Shown here: positions 18,465 to 30,802 of the stretch, in pieces
Position numbering within the stretch: the first letter of the stretch is position 1
How the letters are laid out: every line of letters starts with the position of its first letter
NCBI GenBank assembly: GCA_977020255.1
Contig: CDROCS010002317.1
Location: 1-64,000, forward strand
Direction: 5' to 3'
DNA length: 64,000 nt
Source: Obrimoposthia wandeli
Lineage: Eukaryota
Notes under the pieces: generated by a model
What the model was told of the DNA's origin: nothing
What the model saw: the letters and a program-made list of their open reading frames with translations, nothing else
The model's database searches: none
Position numbers and translations under genes: made by a program

Positions 18465-19742
18465 CTACTTCTTCTTAGCCGTTTTACCACCACGCATCGA
18501 GTCGAAGAACTCATTATTAGATTCGCTTTGACGCAACTTATCTAACAAGAACTCAATCGCTGGTACGTCTTCCATTTCTGCAAGCAGACGACGCAAGATC
18601 CATAAACGCTGAAGATCAGCTTCAGGCATCAACAAATCTTCACGACGAGTACCAGAACGACGGATATTGATCGCTGGGTAAACGCGCTTCTCAGCCACTT
18701 TACGATCAAGGTGTAGTTCTTGGTTACCTGTACCTTTAAATTCTTCGTAGATCACTTCGTCCATCTTAGAACCAGTATCTACTAGTGCCGTTGCGATGAT
18801 GGTTAAAGAACCACCTTCTTCGATGTTACGTGCAGCACCGAAGAAACGCTTTGGCTTTTCTAATGCGTGGGCATCAACACCACCGGTAAGTACCTTACCA
18901 GAGGAAGGAACAACGGTATTGTAAGCACGGGCTAGACGAGTAATGGAGTCTAACAAAATCACTACGTCACGCTTGTGTTCAACCAAACGCTTGGCTTTCT
19001 CGATAACCATTTCGGCTACCTGAACGTGACGGGATGGTGGCTCATCGAACGTAGAGGCAACAACTTCACCACGAACTGAGCGAGTCATTTCGGTTACTTC
19101 TTCTGGACGTTCGTCGATCAATAATACGATCAATTCACACTCAGGATTGTTACGAGAGATTGCTTGGGCAATGCTCTGTAGCAACATGGTCTTACCGGCT
19201 TTAGGTGGAGCAACGATTAAGCCACGCTGACCTTTACCAATAGGAGCAACAAGATCGATAACGCGTGATGCTAGATCATCAGAAGAACCGTTACCGACTT
19301 CTAATATTAATGGCTCATCTGGAAATAGAGGCGTTAGGTTTTCAAATAAGGTTTTATTCTTAACGTTCTCAGGCTTATCGCCATTGATTTCGCTAACTTT
19401 AAGCATCGCAAAATAACGTTCACCTTCTTTCGGTGGACGAATCTTACCCGAAACAGTATCACCCTTACGCAAGTTAAAGCGTCGTATCTGACTTGGAGAT
19501 ACATAGATGTCATCTGGACCAGCCAGATAAGAGGAGGTTGCACTACGTAAGAAGCCGAAGCCATCTTGTAGGATTTCTAAAATGCCATCGCCGTAGATGT
19601 CTTCGCCGCTTTTAGCGTGCTTTTTTAAGACTGCGAAAATGATGTCTTGTTTACGAGAACGACTCATATGCTCGATGCCCATTTCCTTGGCGATATCCAG
19701 AAGTTCTGGAACGGATTTTTGCTTTAATTCGGTAAGATTCAT
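18465..19742 (-). CDS. rho: Transcription termination factor Rho
   Basis: [31 protein letters not shown] and FKGTGN motifs. Confidence 0.99.
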   Translation of the reverse strand: MNLTELKQKSVPELLDIAKEMGIEHMSRSRKQDIIFAVLKKHAKSGEDIYGDGILEILQDGFGFLRSATSSYLAGPDDIYVSPSQIRRFNLRKGDTVSGKIRPPKEGERYFAMLKVSEINGDKPENVKNKTLFENLTPLFPDEPLILEVGNGSSDDLASRVIDLVAPIGKGQRGLIVAPPKAGKTMLLQSIAQAISRNNPECELIVLLIDERPEEVTEMTRSVRGEVVASTFDEPPSRHVQVAEMVIEKAKRLVEHKRDVVILLDSITRLARAYNTVVPSSGKVLTGGVDAHALEKPKRFFGAARNIEEGGSLTIIATALVDTGSKMDEVIYEEFKGTGNQELHLDRKVAEKRVYPAINIRRSGTRREDLLMPEADLQRLWILRRLLAEMEDVPAIEFLLDKLRQSESNNEFFDSMRGGKTAKKK

Positions 19743-19953
19743 AGATAGGATAAGAAGTTTTGATACTTATTAAGGAATAAAAATATACCTAAGAGGTGGG
19801 TATATATCGGGGGAGTGTCTGTTAAGACTAAAGATTGAACAAATTTAATATAGACGGTTTGTTATAGGCTGTCTAGGAAAAGACAGAGATAAAGCGCTAT
19901 AAGTCATGCTTTACCTCTATTTGCACCTAGTTCAAGACTAGGTGCGGGTCTAA

Positions 19954-20280
19954 TTAAATGCTTTGTTCGATGAAAGCAATTAACTCAGACTTGCTTAGTG
20001 CGCCTACTTTAGTCGCTTCAGCGTTGCCGTCTTTAAAGATCATCAACGTAGGGATGCTACGGATACCAAACTTAGGCGCAGTCGCTTCGTTTTGGTCGAT
20101 GTTCAATTTAGCAACTTTGATTTTGCCAGCGAATTCTTCAGCAATCTCTTCAAGAACTGGAGCGATCATTTTGCAAGGACCACACCATTCTGCCCAGAAA
20201 TCAACCAATACAGGTAAATCAGAACCTAGAACGTCAGCATCAAAAGAATCGTCAGATACGGTTAAGATATTATCACTCAT
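19954..20280 (-). CDS. trxA: Thioredoxin 1
   Basis: WAEWCGPCK; trxA-rho synteny. Confidence 0.98.
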   Translation of the reverse strand: MSDNILTVSDDSFDADVLGSDLPVLVDFWAEWCGPCKMIAPVLEEIAEEFAGKIKVAKLNIDQNEATAPKFGIRSIPTLMIFKDGNAEATKVGALSKSELIAFIEQSI

Positions 20281-20460
20281 GGATATCTCCGGAATTTAGT
20301 TATCAGAATTTATAAAGGTGTGCATTGTACGGAGCCAGATTAAGGACGCAAGTCAAAAAATGCGGAACTAGTATAAAACAGCTATTCCGTAACATTGTCA
20401 TAATCACGTATGATTCAATGCAGTCACTGTTATATAAGGCCTTCGGGTAAGAATTCAACT

Positions 20461-22005
20461 ATGTCAGACGTTAATCATCAAGAGCCAAGCTCTAGCCAGC
20501 AAGATGTTGCACCGCCAGTATCAAATCAGATCGCTGCCATTGATTTAGGCTCAAACAGCTTTCACATGATTATTGCCCAGCAGCTTCAGGGTGAGTTACG
20601 AACAGTTGAGAAGCGCGGTGAGAAAGTACAGCTTGCCGCGGGTTTGAACGAACGTGGCTATCTTAGCGAAGAGTCAATGCAGCGCGGTTTAGAGTGTTTA
20701 CGGGGCTTTGCGAAGCATTTACGCAACTTCAAGCCAGAAGCGGTAACAATTGTGGCGACCAACGCGTTGCGGGTAGCGCGTAATCGCAGCGAGTTTATAG
20801 TGCGAGCTGAAGAGATTTTAGGCTTTCAGATTGAATTGATTGCTGGCCGAGAAGAAGCTCGATTGATTTATCTTGGTGTGAGCCATACGCAAGCAGACGA
20901 TGAAGGTAAGCGTTTGGTTATCGATATCGGTGGTGGTAGTACCGAGTTTATTATTGGTGAGCGCTTTGAGTCCAAAGCATTAGAAAGCCTATTTATGGGC
21001 TGTGTTTCTTATACTCAGCAGTTTTTCCCAAATGGCGAGATTAGCGAATTAAATTTTCATCGAGCAGTAGCGCGTGCTCGTCGTGAGTTATTAGAAATTC
21101 AGCAAGCTTATAAGGCCATTGGTTGGTCGGAAGTGATTGGTTCTTCTGGAACCATTCGTGCGACGGAACAGGTTTTGATTCGCAAAGGTTGGAGTGAGCA
21201 GGGCATTACCCGAGAAGGTTTGAACAAGCTCTGCTCGTGGTTAAGCTCGCACAAGTCGATTAATGATATTGAGTTACCGGGTTTTAAGCCTCAGCGCCAA
21301 CAGGTGTTTATTGCGGGTGTCGCTATTTTAAAAGGCATCTTTGATACCTTCAAAATCAAAACGATGAATTATTCTGATGGCGCTCTTCGTGAAGGCGCTT
21401 TGTGGGATTTGATTGGTCGTTCTGGCCATGAAGATGTTCGCCAGCGCACAGTGAATTCGATGCAGCAGCGTTTTCATGCAGATTTGGCTCAAGCAAGCCG
21501 AGTTAAAAGCTGTGCACAAATGATGTTGCAGCAAGTCGAGAAAGACTGGAAGTTACCGAGTACGGCGAAAAACTGGTTATTGTGGGCGGCTGAATTACAT
21601 GAAGTTGGATTGAGTATTACCCATCATCAATTTCAAAAGCATGGGGCTTATTTAGTTCAGCACAGTGATATGGCGGGCTTTACACGCCAAGGGCAGGAGT
21701 TATTATCTGTTCTGCTTAAGGGGCATCGTCGTAAATTCCCTTTATCTGGGATTGAAGGTTTGAACTCAGTTGTTCGGAAGCAGGCGCGCTATATTTGTAT
21801 GTTATTGCGTCTTGCGGCGGTGCTTAATCACAGTCGCGGTTCGGTCGAATTACCTGAAATAGAATGCCAAGTTAAGCATGCTTCGATCACTTTGATTTTC
21901 CCTGAAGGATGGTTTGAACAACATCCATTAACGCATGATGATTTGATGGTAGAAGCGAATTATCTACAAGCCGCGGGTTTAGAATTAATCATTGCTGAAG
22001 GCTAG
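20461..22005 (+). CDS. ppx: Exopolyphosphatase (Ppx/GppA family)
   Basis: IDLGSNSFH, ATNALR, GREEARLIY, DIGGGSTE and GALREG motifs; convergent with ppk1. Start at 20461 preferred to 20410. Confidence 0.93.
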   Translation: MSDVNHQEPSSSQQDVAPPVSNQIAAIDLGSNSFHMIIAQQLQGELRTVEKRGEKVQLAAGLNERGYLSEESMQRGLECLRGFAKHLRNFKPEAVTIVATNALRVARNRSEFIVRAEEILGFQIELIAGREEARLIYLGVSHTQADDEGKRLVIDIGGGSTEFIIGERFESKALESLFMGCVSYTQQFFPNGEISELNFHRAVARARRELLEIQQAYKAIGWSEVIGSSGTIRATEQVLIRKGWSEQGITREGLNKLCSWLSSHKSINDIELPGFKPQRQQVFIAGVAILKGIFDTFKIKTMNYSDGALREGALWDLIGRSGHEDVRQRTVNSMQQRFHADLAQASRVKSCAQMMLQQVEKDWKLPSTAKNWLLWAAELHEVGLSITHHQFQKHGAYLVQHSDMAGFTRQGQELLSVLLKGHRRKFPLSGIEGLNSVVRKQARYICMLLRLAAVLNHSRGSVELPEIECQVKHASITLIFPEGWFEQHPLTHDDLMVEANYLQAAGLELIIAEG

Positions 22006-22053
22006 CACTTTAAAAGAGTAGTAGCCTTCTAAGAGAGGAATTTGCAGCGACGA

Positions 22054-24159
22054 CTATTTTGCCGCCGCAAGTTTCTCTAGCAAAATCTGCTGTGCACGAA
22101 CAACGACTCGTTCGCCCGTTTTTTCATCCTTCTGTGGATAGGCCAATATGTAGTGGCCATCGCTGTCTAGATCCCAAGCTTGGCTATTATCGGCAAGATA
22201 GCATTCAAATTCTTCTTTCATGCGGCTACGTAACCTGTTGCCTTCAATGGGGAAGCAGGTTTCCACTCGATTTAATAAATTACGTTCCATTAAATCGGCA
22301 CTGGCTGCATAAAATTCATCTTTGTCGTTATTACAAAAAGAATAAACCCGAGTATGTTCTAGGAAACGGCCGACGATGGAGCGCACACGAATATTTTCTG
22401 ATACACCTGGAATGCCCGGACGTAAACAACACATACCACGAATGATCAGGTCTATTTGAACCCCAGCCTGAGAGGCTTTATACAGCGCACGAATAACTTT
22501 GGTTTCTGTTAATCCGTTGGCTTTCACTCGAATGTAGGCAGGTTTGCCTTCTTCCGCATGAAAACGTTCACGCTCGATCAGTTCTAGTATCTTTTTATGC
22601 AGGGTAAAAGGCGCATGGAAGAGTTTCTTAATCCGCAGTGCTTTACCCATTCCGGTCAGCTGTTGAAATAACTTGTGAACGTCTTCGCCAATAGAGTCAT
22701 CCGCGGTTAAGAAACTGTAATCGGTATAAACACGCGCATTACCTGCGTGATAGTTGCCTGTACCTAGGTGAACATAGCGGCGTAATATATCTTGTTCTTT
22801 ACGCACAATCAACATCATTTTGGCGTGAGTTTTATATCCCACAACACCATATACCACCACAGCTCCCGCTTCTTGTAAGCGGTTAGCAAGGTAGAGGTTT
22901 TCTTCTTCGTCGAAGCGCGCTCGCAACTCAATAACAACGGTAACTTCTTTGCCTTTACGGGCTGCGTCTACCAAAGCGTTGACGATTTCTGATTTGGCCC
23001 CTGTACGATATAGGGTTTGCTTGATCGCTAGGACTGAAGGGTCTTTCGCCGCTTCGCGCAGCATATCCACAACCGGAGTGAATGACTCAAACGGGTGTAG
23101 CAGTAAGGTATCTTTTTCACGAATACCTTCGAAGAAACTCTTTTTAAAACTTAAGTGCTTAGGTAAGCCGGGCGTAAACGGCGTGTAACGTAAGTCAGGA
23201 CGTTTGATTTGTCCGACGACTTCCATCATACGACCCAGATTCACGGGGCCGTTTACCTGATAAAGATCGATTTCTTTCAACGCGAACTTGGTCAGTAAAA
23301 ACTCGACCAATTCAGCTGGGCAGTTATCGGCGACTTCTAAGCGCATTTCTTCACCGAAATTACGCGAATGCAATTCGTCTTCTAAGGCACTAGCGAGATC
23401 GACGGTATCGTCATGGTCGATTTCTAAATCGGCATTTCGAGTTACCCGGAATTGGTAGCAGCCTTTGATCGTCATGCCTGGAAAGAGTTCGTCGGCAAAC
23501 TGGTGGATGATGGACGATAGAAATACAAAGTTATCGCCGTCTTCACAAAGTTCGTCTGGCAGGCGAATGATTCTAGGTAGAGAGCGCGGGGCTGGAATCA
23601 GTGCTAAACCTGTTTCACGGCCGAAGGCATCTTTGCCCTCTAAGCTCACGATGAAGTTAAGGCTTTTGTTTACCAAGCGTGGAAATGGGTGGGAAGGATC
23701 AAGTCCAATCGGGCTGCAAATAGGCAGCACGTTATTATCGAAATACTCTTTCACCCAAGCTTGCTGTTCTTCGGTCCAGGTCGAGCGACGCAAGAAGCGA
23801 ATGTTTTCTTTAGCGAGGGCAGGAAACATCACATCATTAAGAATGTCGTACTGACGCTCTAAGGTATTGGTGCAGATCTCGTTGATCTGCTTCAAGACTT
23901 GTTCGGCGTGTAGGCCATCAGCTCCCGCGGTTTCACGACCAAAGGCAAGCTGTTGTTTTAAGCCGGCAACACGTACTTCAAAGAATTCGTCGAGGTTGCT
24001 ACTAAAAATACATAGGAAGAATAGACGCTCTAATAACGGGTGCGTCTCATCCAGCGCTTGCTCTAATACGCGAATATTGAACTGCAAATGGCTCAGTTCC
24101 CGATTGATATAATATTCCGGGTTTTGCAGATCGATCACTGTATCGTCAGTCGCTGACAT
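22054..24159 (-). CDS. ppk1: Polyphosphate kinase 1
   Basis: [41 protein letters not shown] and GRFLEH motifs. ATG at 24159 follows an AAGGAA SD. Confidence 0.97.
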   Translation of the reverse strand: MSATDDTVIDLQNPEYYINRELSHLQFNIRVLEQALDETHPLLERLFFLCIFSSNLDEFFEVRVAGLKQQLAFGRETAGADGLHAEQVLKQINEICTNTLERQYDILNDVMFPALAKENIRFLRRSTWTEEQQAWVKEYFDNNVLPICSPIGLDPSHPFPRLVNKSLNFIVSLEGKDAFGRETGLALIPAPRSLPRIIRLPDELCEDGDNFVFLSSIIHQFADELFPGMTIKGCYQFRVTRNADLEIDHDDTVDLASALEDELHSRNFGEEMRLEVADNCPAELVEFLLTKFALKEIDLYQVNGPVNLGRMMEVVGQIKRPDLRYTPFTPGLPKHLSFKKSFFEGIREKDTLLLHPFESFTPVVDMLREAAKDPSVLAIKQTLYRTGAKSEIVNALVDAARKGKEVTVVIELRARFDEEENLYLANRLQEAGAVVVYGVVGYKTHAKMMLIVRKEQDILRRYVHLGTGNYHAGNARVYTDYSFLTADDSIGEDVHKLFQQLTGMGKALRIKKLFHAPFTLHKKILELIERERFHAEEGKPAYIRVKANGLTETKVIRALYKASQAGVQIDLIIRGMCCLRPGIPGVSENIRVRSIVGRFLEHTRVYSFCNNDKDEFYAASADLMERNLLNRVETCFPIEGNRLRSRMKEEFECYLADNSQAWDLDSDGHYILAYPQKDEKTGERVVVRAQQILLEKLAAAK

Positions 24160-24216
24160 TGTTTTTCCTTTTGTAAAATTTTTATTCAACCGCCGTGGCG
24201 AAAAGGTTTGGCATGC

Positions 24217-24335
24217 GCGGTATCAAGTAGTTCCTTTCAGGGGACGCTGTGAATACGTCGCTTCGCTCTCCCTGTAAGCTCGTACCTAGCATCCATGCTA
24301 GGTGACGCCACCCGAAACAAACCACTTGATACCGC
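24217..24335. repeat. Palindromic REP/MITE-like element, copy A
   Basis: 16-bp terminal IR GCGGTATCAAGT(A/G)GTT around the core CAGGGACGCTGTGAATACGTC...CCCTGTAAGCTC..CCTAGCATCCATGCTAGG. Confidence 0.75.
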
Positions 24336-24474
24336 ACCAAATCAATAGCTGGTTTATTAAGTATTTATAACAAACAGAAGTCTGACGGCTAAGACTTTCT
24401 TAAATTTACCAGTAAGCCGTCATCTTTATTTTATTCAAACAGTTATGAATTCGAATAACTGTATTTGGCAATGT

Positions 24475-24600
24475 ATTAGGTTGTTTGTTTCTGAGGGCTT
24501 CCCGCAGCAGGAGCTGTGGAGAGCCTACAGGGAGCGCTAGCGCCGTGAATACATACAACGGCTGGTATTCACGGCGTCCCCAAGAAATAAATAACCTAAT
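24475..24600. repeat. Palindromic REP/MITE-like element, copy B, inverted relative to A
   Basis: 18-bp IR ATTAGGTTRTTTRTTTCT. Core GAGCCTACAGGGA...GTATTCACGGCGTCCC matches the reverse complement of the copy A core. Internal perfect 12-bp stem CGCCGTGAATAC/GTATTCACGGCG. Confidence 0.75.
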
Positions 24601-24670
24601 GCAGTGCTTACCAAAGCCTCTCACCTTGGCGTTCTTTTAATAGCACTAGCCTAAGCGTTTAACCAAGTAA

Positions 24671-25684
<1,014 letters not shown>

Positions 25685-25836
25685 AAAAATATCATTTAGC
25701 GATTCCGATGATTTATGACAGATTTAATCAGAAAAATTGATGACTTACTCAGTCGATGCCGATATGGAAATGAACTGAACGAAGAATCACCGCACTAATT
25801 ACCTATATTAAAGCGTGTGAATTATAAGGGCGAAAG

Positions 25837-28008
25837 ATGAAGAAATTATTACTACTGGGTTTAATTGCCGGTTTAGTACTCGGTTTTTATTTCCTGGGAG
25901 AGCAATGGTTATTGCCAGAGACCTACCAAGCACTCTACCAAAAGGATCCTGCACAAACGGCTGGGATATTCTTTATTGTGTATGTGTTGGTTGCGGCACT
26001 CTCGATTCCTGGTGCTGCATTAATGACGTTAATCTCAGGTGCCATTTTTGGATTGAGCCAAGGACTATTGATCGCGTCCTTTGCTAGCTCAATCGGTGCA
26101 ACGCTCGCCTTCTTAATGTCTCGACTCCTGCTAAAAGACTGGGTACAAAATAAGTTTGCGACGCATTTGAAAACGATTAACGATGGTATTGAAAAAGATG
26201 GCCCTTTCTTTCTCTTCACGCTTCGCCTGATTCCACTCGTGCCATTTTTCGCGATCAATTTATTGATGGGCTTAATGCCCATAACGACATGGCGCTTTTA
26301 TTGGGTAAGCCAGCTGGGAATGTTAGCTGGAACGGCCGTTTACGTGAATGCGGGTGCTGAGTTTGCATCGGTGATTGGTCAAAAAGGAGGATTTTCTTTG
26401 GCTGGCATCATGACCCCAGGTTTGTTGGGCGCTTTGGTTCTGTTGGCTATATTCCCTTGGATAGCGCGTGGCATCCTTAATCAGATGCAAGCTCGAAGAG
26501 CTTTATTGGTACGTGCCAAAGGCCGCGCTAAGCCTAAAAAGTTTGATGACAACTTGATCGTGATTGGTGGCGGTGCGGCTGGATTGGTGAGTTCAATTAT
26601 TGGATCAGCAGTGAAGGCCAAAGTAACTCTGATTGAAAAACACAAAATGGGCGGCGATTGTCTCAATACCGGTTGCGTGCCGAGCAAAGCATTGATTCAT
26701 GCCGCTAAGGTTATTCATGAGGCTCAACAAGGCTTTAAATCAGGGCTATTAGTAGAAGCTGCCACAGGTAATTACAGTAAGCCGGGTATTAATTTCGAGC
26801 AAGTGATGAAGCATGTTCATGGTTCTATTAAAGCGATTGAGCCACATGATTCTATTGAGCGATTCGAAAGTTTGGGGGTTTCGTGTGCGACAGGTGAGGC
26901 AAAAATCATATCGCCTTGGGAGGTTGAGATTCAGCATGTCTCTGAGTCAGGTTTGGTTACCACAGAAATTCGCAGTGCCGCTAATATCATTATTGCGACG
27001 GGTGGGCGTCCGCGTATCCCCGCGATAGACGGTTTAGATCAGGTAACGTATTTCACATCCGATAGCCTTTGGCAGATCACTGAATTACCTAAACGATTAT
27101 TGGTTTTGGGTGCTGGGCCGATTGGCTGTGAATTAGGGCAAGCGTTTGCACGTTTAGGTTCAGAAGTAAGTATTGTCGATAAGGGCCAGTTCCTTATGCC
27201 GCGAGAAGATGAAGACGTGTCTCAATTAGTTGCAGATGCGATGGTGGCAGAAGGTATTAATCACATTCCTGGTCGCTCAATTTTAAAACTCGAATCGTCT
27301 GATGGTCTTAATGTAGCCTTATTGGATAATGGTGAAAAAATTGAGTTTGATACGCTATTACTAGCCATTGGGCGAGAAGGGAATACCGCAAGCTTAGGGT
27401 TGGGAAATGTTGATCTGACCGTTGATAGCAACGGTTTCTTACCTGTTGATGAATATCTACAAACAGAGTGCCCTACTATCTACGCCTGTGGGGATGTCAT
27501 TGGCGGTTACCAGTTCACCCACGTATCGGCTCATGAAGCTTGGTTTGCGTCGGTCAATAGCCTGTTTGGTCGTTTCAAGCGCTTTAAAGCCGATTATCGT
27601 GTTATTCCATGGGCTACATTTACCAGTCCAGAAGTTGCCCGTGTCGGCATCAGTGAGAAAGAAGCAAAAATCCAGAATATTCCGTATGAAAGTACTCAAT
27701 ATGGGCTAGATGATTTAGATCGCGCGATTACAGATGACGCGGCTGTCGGCTTCGTCCGTGTGCTTACTGTGCCCGGCAAAGATAAAATTTTAGGTGCAAC
27801 GATTGTTGGGCCTAGGGCGGATGATCTTATTGCTACTTTTGTCATTGGTATGAAACATGGCTTGGGTCTGAACAAAGTATTGGGTACTATCCATGCGTAC
27901 CCTACTTATATGGAGGCTAATAAATTCGTCTCTGGGCAGTGGAAACGTAAGCAAGTTTCAGCCAGATTGTTAGCCTTGGTAGAGTGGTATAACAGTAAAA
28001 ACTTATAA
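25837..28008 (+). CDS. VTT/TVP38 (DedA-like) membrane domain fused to a pyridine nucleotide-disulfide oxidoreductase
   Basis: N-terminal LRLIPLVPFFAINL VTT motif; GGGAAG, GGDCLNTGCVPSKALI, GAGPIGCE and YACGDV. No C-terminal Cys pair. Confidence 0.9.
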   Translation: MKKLLLLGLIAGLVLGFYFLGEQWLLPETYQALYQKDPAQTAGIFFIVYVLVAALSIPGAALMTLISGAIFGLSQGLLIASFASSIGATLAFLMSRLLLKDWVQNKFATHLKTINDGIEKDGPFFLFTLRLIPLVPFFAINLLMGLMPITTWRFYWVSQLGMLAGTAVYVNAGAEFASVIGQKGGFSLAGIMTPGLLGALVLLAIFPWIARGILNQMQARRALLVRAKGRAKPKKFDDNLIVIGGGAAGLVSSIIGSAVKAKVTLIEKHKMGGDCLNTGCVPSKALIHAAKVIHEAQQGFKSGLLVEAATGNYSKPGINFEQVMKHVHGSIKAIEPHDSIERFESLGVSCATGEAKIISPWEVEIQHVSESGLVTTEIRSAANIIIATGGRPRIPAIDGLDQVTYFTSDSLWQITELPKRLLVLGAGPIGCELGQAFARLGSEVSIVDKGQFLMPREDEDVSQLVADAMVAEGINHIPGRSILKLESSDGLNVALLDNGEKIEFDTLLLAIGREGNTASLGLGNVDLTVDSNGFLPVDEYLQTECPTIYACGDVIGGYQFTHVSAHEAWFASVNSLFGRFKRFKADYRVIPWATFTSPEVARVGISEKEAKIQNIPYESTQYGLDDLDRAITDDAAVGFVRVLTVPGKDKILGATIVGPRADDLIATFVIGMKHGLGLNKVLGTIHAYPTYMEANKFVSGQWKRKQVSARLLALVEWYNSKNL

Positions 28009-28171
28009 AAATAAATCCTGATATTAAATGAAGCAGTTTGAGCTTAGGCCGATGTAAATCCCAGAAGATGCCTCTATTTACTTTGAGCTTTTGGTGAAAG
28101 TTATCGGCAGAACATTGAGTTTACTCTTGACCATCAAGAGCCTGCTTCGTAATATCAAGCAAGGAGTTTGT

Positions 28172-28681
28172 ATGAGCACAGAAAGCAATTTACCAGAAAA
28201 AGAAAAGGCTGTAGATACACTGGGTTTTAATCCGAGTGAGTACAATATAGCGATCAATTTTCTTGAACAAATCCCTTTCAACAAAGTCTTAGGCTTAAAA
28301 CCGACGAAGCTTAGTCAAGACTACTGTGAATTCAAAATGAACATGAAAGATGACTTGATAGGTAATTTCTTACAAGGAATCCTTCATGGTGGCGCCATCT
28401 CGACAGCATTGGATGTAACCGGTGGTGCAATGGCGATGGTGGCTGCGTGGCAAAGGCTGAAGAATCAAGATGTCCCTTCGTCAGAGCGACCAAAGACACT
28501 GGCAAAGTTAGGCACGATTGATATGCGGGTTGATTTCCTCCAGCCAGGTAAAGGAAAGGAGTTCACCATTGGCGCTACGTTATTACGTATCGGTAACAAG
28601 GTAGCGGTAACGAGAATGGAATTTAAAAACGAAAAGGATGACTTGATTGCGGTGGGTACAGGAACATACTTGTGTGGCTAG
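28172..28681 (+). CDS. Hotdog-fold (PaaI-like) thioesterase
   Basis: ILHGGAISTALD, TIDMRVDFLQPG and IGNKVAV motifs. ATG at 28172 after AAGGAG. Confidence 0.9.
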   Translation: MSTESNLPEKEKAVDTLGFNPSEYNIAINFLEQIPFNKVLGLKPTKLSQDYCEFKMNMKDDLIGNFLQGILHGGAISTALDVTGGAMAMVAAWQRLKNQDVPSSERPKTLAKLGTIDMRVDFLQPGKGKEFTIGATLLRIGNKVAVTRMEFKNEKDDLIAVGTGTYLCG

Positions 28682-28773
28682 TCAGGTATTTTGAGTGGTG
28701 ATTATTTATACCGTTAGATAGTCACTAAATATTTAAAATACATGCAGATTGGCTATGTATTATCCGATTAGTG

Positions 28774-28801
28774 TTGACAAATTCTGGGGTCAGCATAGAA
28801 T
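28774..28801 (+). promoter_or_regulatory. sigma70 promoter of the cold-shock gene, giving a ~140-nt 5' UTR
   Basis: TTGACA-N16-TAGAAT. Long 5' UTRs are typical of cold-inducible csp genes. Confidence 0.7.
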
Positions 28802-28947
28802 ACAGCCATCTGAAAGTTAGTCTTAGTTTTATGTACACCGTTTCGATATCCTGTATCTCGTCCTGTTTTCATAAATTATTGGCAGTGCTTCCAGCCATAA
28901 TGGCTCATTAGAGCCGCAATTTTTTTCTGAATTTACAGGATATTATT

Positions 28948-29154
28948 ATGTCTACTACAACTGGTACAGTTAAGTGGTTCAACGAATCTAAAGGTTTTGG
29001 TTTCATCGAGCAAGAAAACGGCCCTGACGTTTTCGCACATTTCCGCGCTATTCAAGGTACGGGTTTCAAAACTCTTGCTGAAGGCCAAAAAGTTGAGTTC
29101 ACTGTAACTCAAGGTCAAAAAGGACCACAAGCTGAAAACATCGTACCTTTATAG
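28948..29154 (+). CDS. csp: Cold-shock protein (CspA family)
   Basis: [12 protein letters not shown] (RNP1) and VFAHF (RNP2). Confidence 0.97.
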   Translation: MSTTTGTVKWFNESKGFGFIEQENGPDVFAHFRAIQGTGFKTLAEGQKVEFTVTQGQKGPQAENIVPL

Positions 29155-29226
29155 GTTGATGGCATGAACTAAGATCACTTCGCTTCTTAATGTTGCTGAG
29201 TACTTAGAGATTGCAAATCAGATTGT

Positions 29227-29261
29227 AAAAAAGGCTAAACCGAAAGGTTTGGCCTTTTTTT
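29227..29261 (+). terminator. Intrinsic terminator of the csp gene
   Basis: A6-GGCTAAACC-GAAA-GGTTTGGCC-T7. Confidence 0.9.
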
Positions 29262-29329
29262 ATGCCTGTCGTTTAGGAAATAGTGGGTGGTTATCTTTGG
29301 GATTAGATAGCGAAGCTGGAATAGCAGGC

Positions 29330-29359
29330 AAAAAAATCCCCAGCAGTTGCTAGGGATTT
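29330..29359 (-). terminator. Intrinsic terminator of the DEAD-box helicase gene
   Basis: Imperfect ATCCC.AGCA/TGCT.GGGAT stem followed by a U-run on the minus strand. Confidence 0.6.
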
Positions 29360-29410
29360 AATCGATAGCGCTATCTTTCGTCATTCATAACGAGAGAGCA
29401 GTCATCTTAC

Positions 29411-30802
29411 TTAGCTAGGCTTATGACGCTGGCCATTACTATTCGACCAAGGACTCTCAGAACCACCACTGGTGCTTTTAGCGGCTGGCTTAGGTGCGCG
29501 ACGAGCTGAGTTATTGCCCGCACTATTACCTGAATTGTTGCCACCCTGTCTATGCTGCTTAGTGCTGTTCGCCGCGTGCTGACCGTCGTGATGCTCACTT
29601 TGAGACTGAGGTCTTCTTGCTTTGCTCGGCTTGGTATTGCGAGTATTCAATCTTGATTCAGGTAAACGGCTTACCGGTTCAAATCCTGGCAATACTTCAC
29701 GCTCTAGCAATTCACCAATAACACGTTCAATGGCAAAAAGTTCTTTGGTTTCATCGGCGCAAACCAACGATACCGCGTGACCTTCAGATCCTGCACGACC
29801 AGTACGACCGATACGGTGAACATAATCCTCGGGAACATTCGGTAAATCGAAGTTCACAACTTGAGGAAGCTGTTGAATATCAATACCACGCGCCGCAATA
29901 TCAGTTGCTACTAATATACGAACTTCGCCTGCCTTAAAATCGGCTAATGCGCGAGTACGAGCCCCTTGGCTTTTATTACCGTGAATAGCGGCAGCCGTAA
30001 TGCCACGACCTTCTAGGAATTTTGTTAATTTATTCGCGCCGTGTTTGGTGCGGCTAAAAACAAGTGCCTGTTTCCAATTGCCATCTTCAATCAATTTGGC
30101 AAGCGCGGCGGGCTTCTGCTTTTTATCAACAGGATAAATCCACTGCTTAACCAACTTGGTTGTTACGTTTGGCGGTGCAACAGAAATCTCAACCGGGTTA
30201 TTCACTAGGCCTTTTGCCAATGCACGAATGTCATTAGAGAAAGTGGCTGAGAATAATAAGTTCTGACGTTTTTTCGGCAGTACTTTAATGATCTTTTTAA
30301 TGTCGTGGATAAAGCCCATATCCAACATACGGTCGGCTTCATCTAAAACCAAGAATTCTAACTGCGCAAATTTAACGGCGCCTTGGTTCATTAAATCTAA
30401 TAAGCGGCCAGGGGTAGCAACTAAAACATCGGCCCCTTTACGCATACGCATCATCTGTGGATTGGCTTTTACGCCACCAAAGATCACGCAAGACGTTAGA
30501 TGCGTATTTTTTGAATACTTATCAACGTTATCAGCAACTTGAGCTGCTAGTTCACGAGTTGGGGTTAATACCAAAGCACGAACTTGATTGTTTTGTACCC
30601 GAGGGCCTTTAGCCAGCATTTCTAAAATGGGTAATGTGAAACCTGCAGTTTTGCCTGTACCCGTTTGTGCGGCTGCCATGATGTCTTTGCCTTCAAGTAC
30701 GGCAGGGATAGCTGCGGCCTGAATTGGTGACGGTATTGTATAGCCTTGTTCGGCTACAGCTTCAAGGAGGGCAGTCGAAAGGCCCAGGTCGGCAAAGCTC
30801 AT
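29411..30802 (-). CDS. rhlE: DEAD-box RNA helicase (RhlE-like)
   Basis: [33 protein letters not shown] and HRIGRTGR motifs; disordered basic C-tail. Confidence 0.9.
   Translation of the reverse strand: MSFADLGLSTALLEAVAEQGYTIPSPIQAAAIPAVLEGKDIMAAAQTGTGKTAGFTLPILEMLAKGPRVQNNQVRALVLTPTRELAAQVADNVDKYSKNTHLTSCVIFGGVKANPQMMRMRKGADVLVATPGRLLDLMNQGAVKFAQLEFLVLDEADRMLDMGFIHDIKKIIKVLPKKRQNLLFSATFSNDIRALAKGLVNNPVEISVAPPNVTTKLVKQWIYPVDKKQKPAALAKLIEDGNWKQALVFSRTKHGANKLTKFLEGRGITAAAIHGNKSQGARTRALADFKAGEVRILVATDIAARGIDIQQLPQVVNFDLPNVPEDYVHRIGRTGRAGSEGHAVSLVCADETKELFAIERVIGELLEREVLPGFEPVSRLPESRLNTRNTKPSKARRPQSQSEHHDGQHAANSTKQHRQGGNNSGNSAGNNSARRAPKPAAKSTSGGSESPWSNSNGQRHKPS

Noticed and set aside
20385-20410. 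Pho box upstream of ppx
   Set aside because: Single TTGTCAT with no properly spaced second half-site.
25700-25735. Pho box upstream of hemB-ppk1
   Set aside because: Only one CTGTCAT half-site (minus strand, 25715-25721); no partner at 11-bp pitch.
25837-28008. Mercury resistance (merA)
   Set aside because: No C-terminal CC pair, no NmerA domain and no merR/merT/merP nearby.
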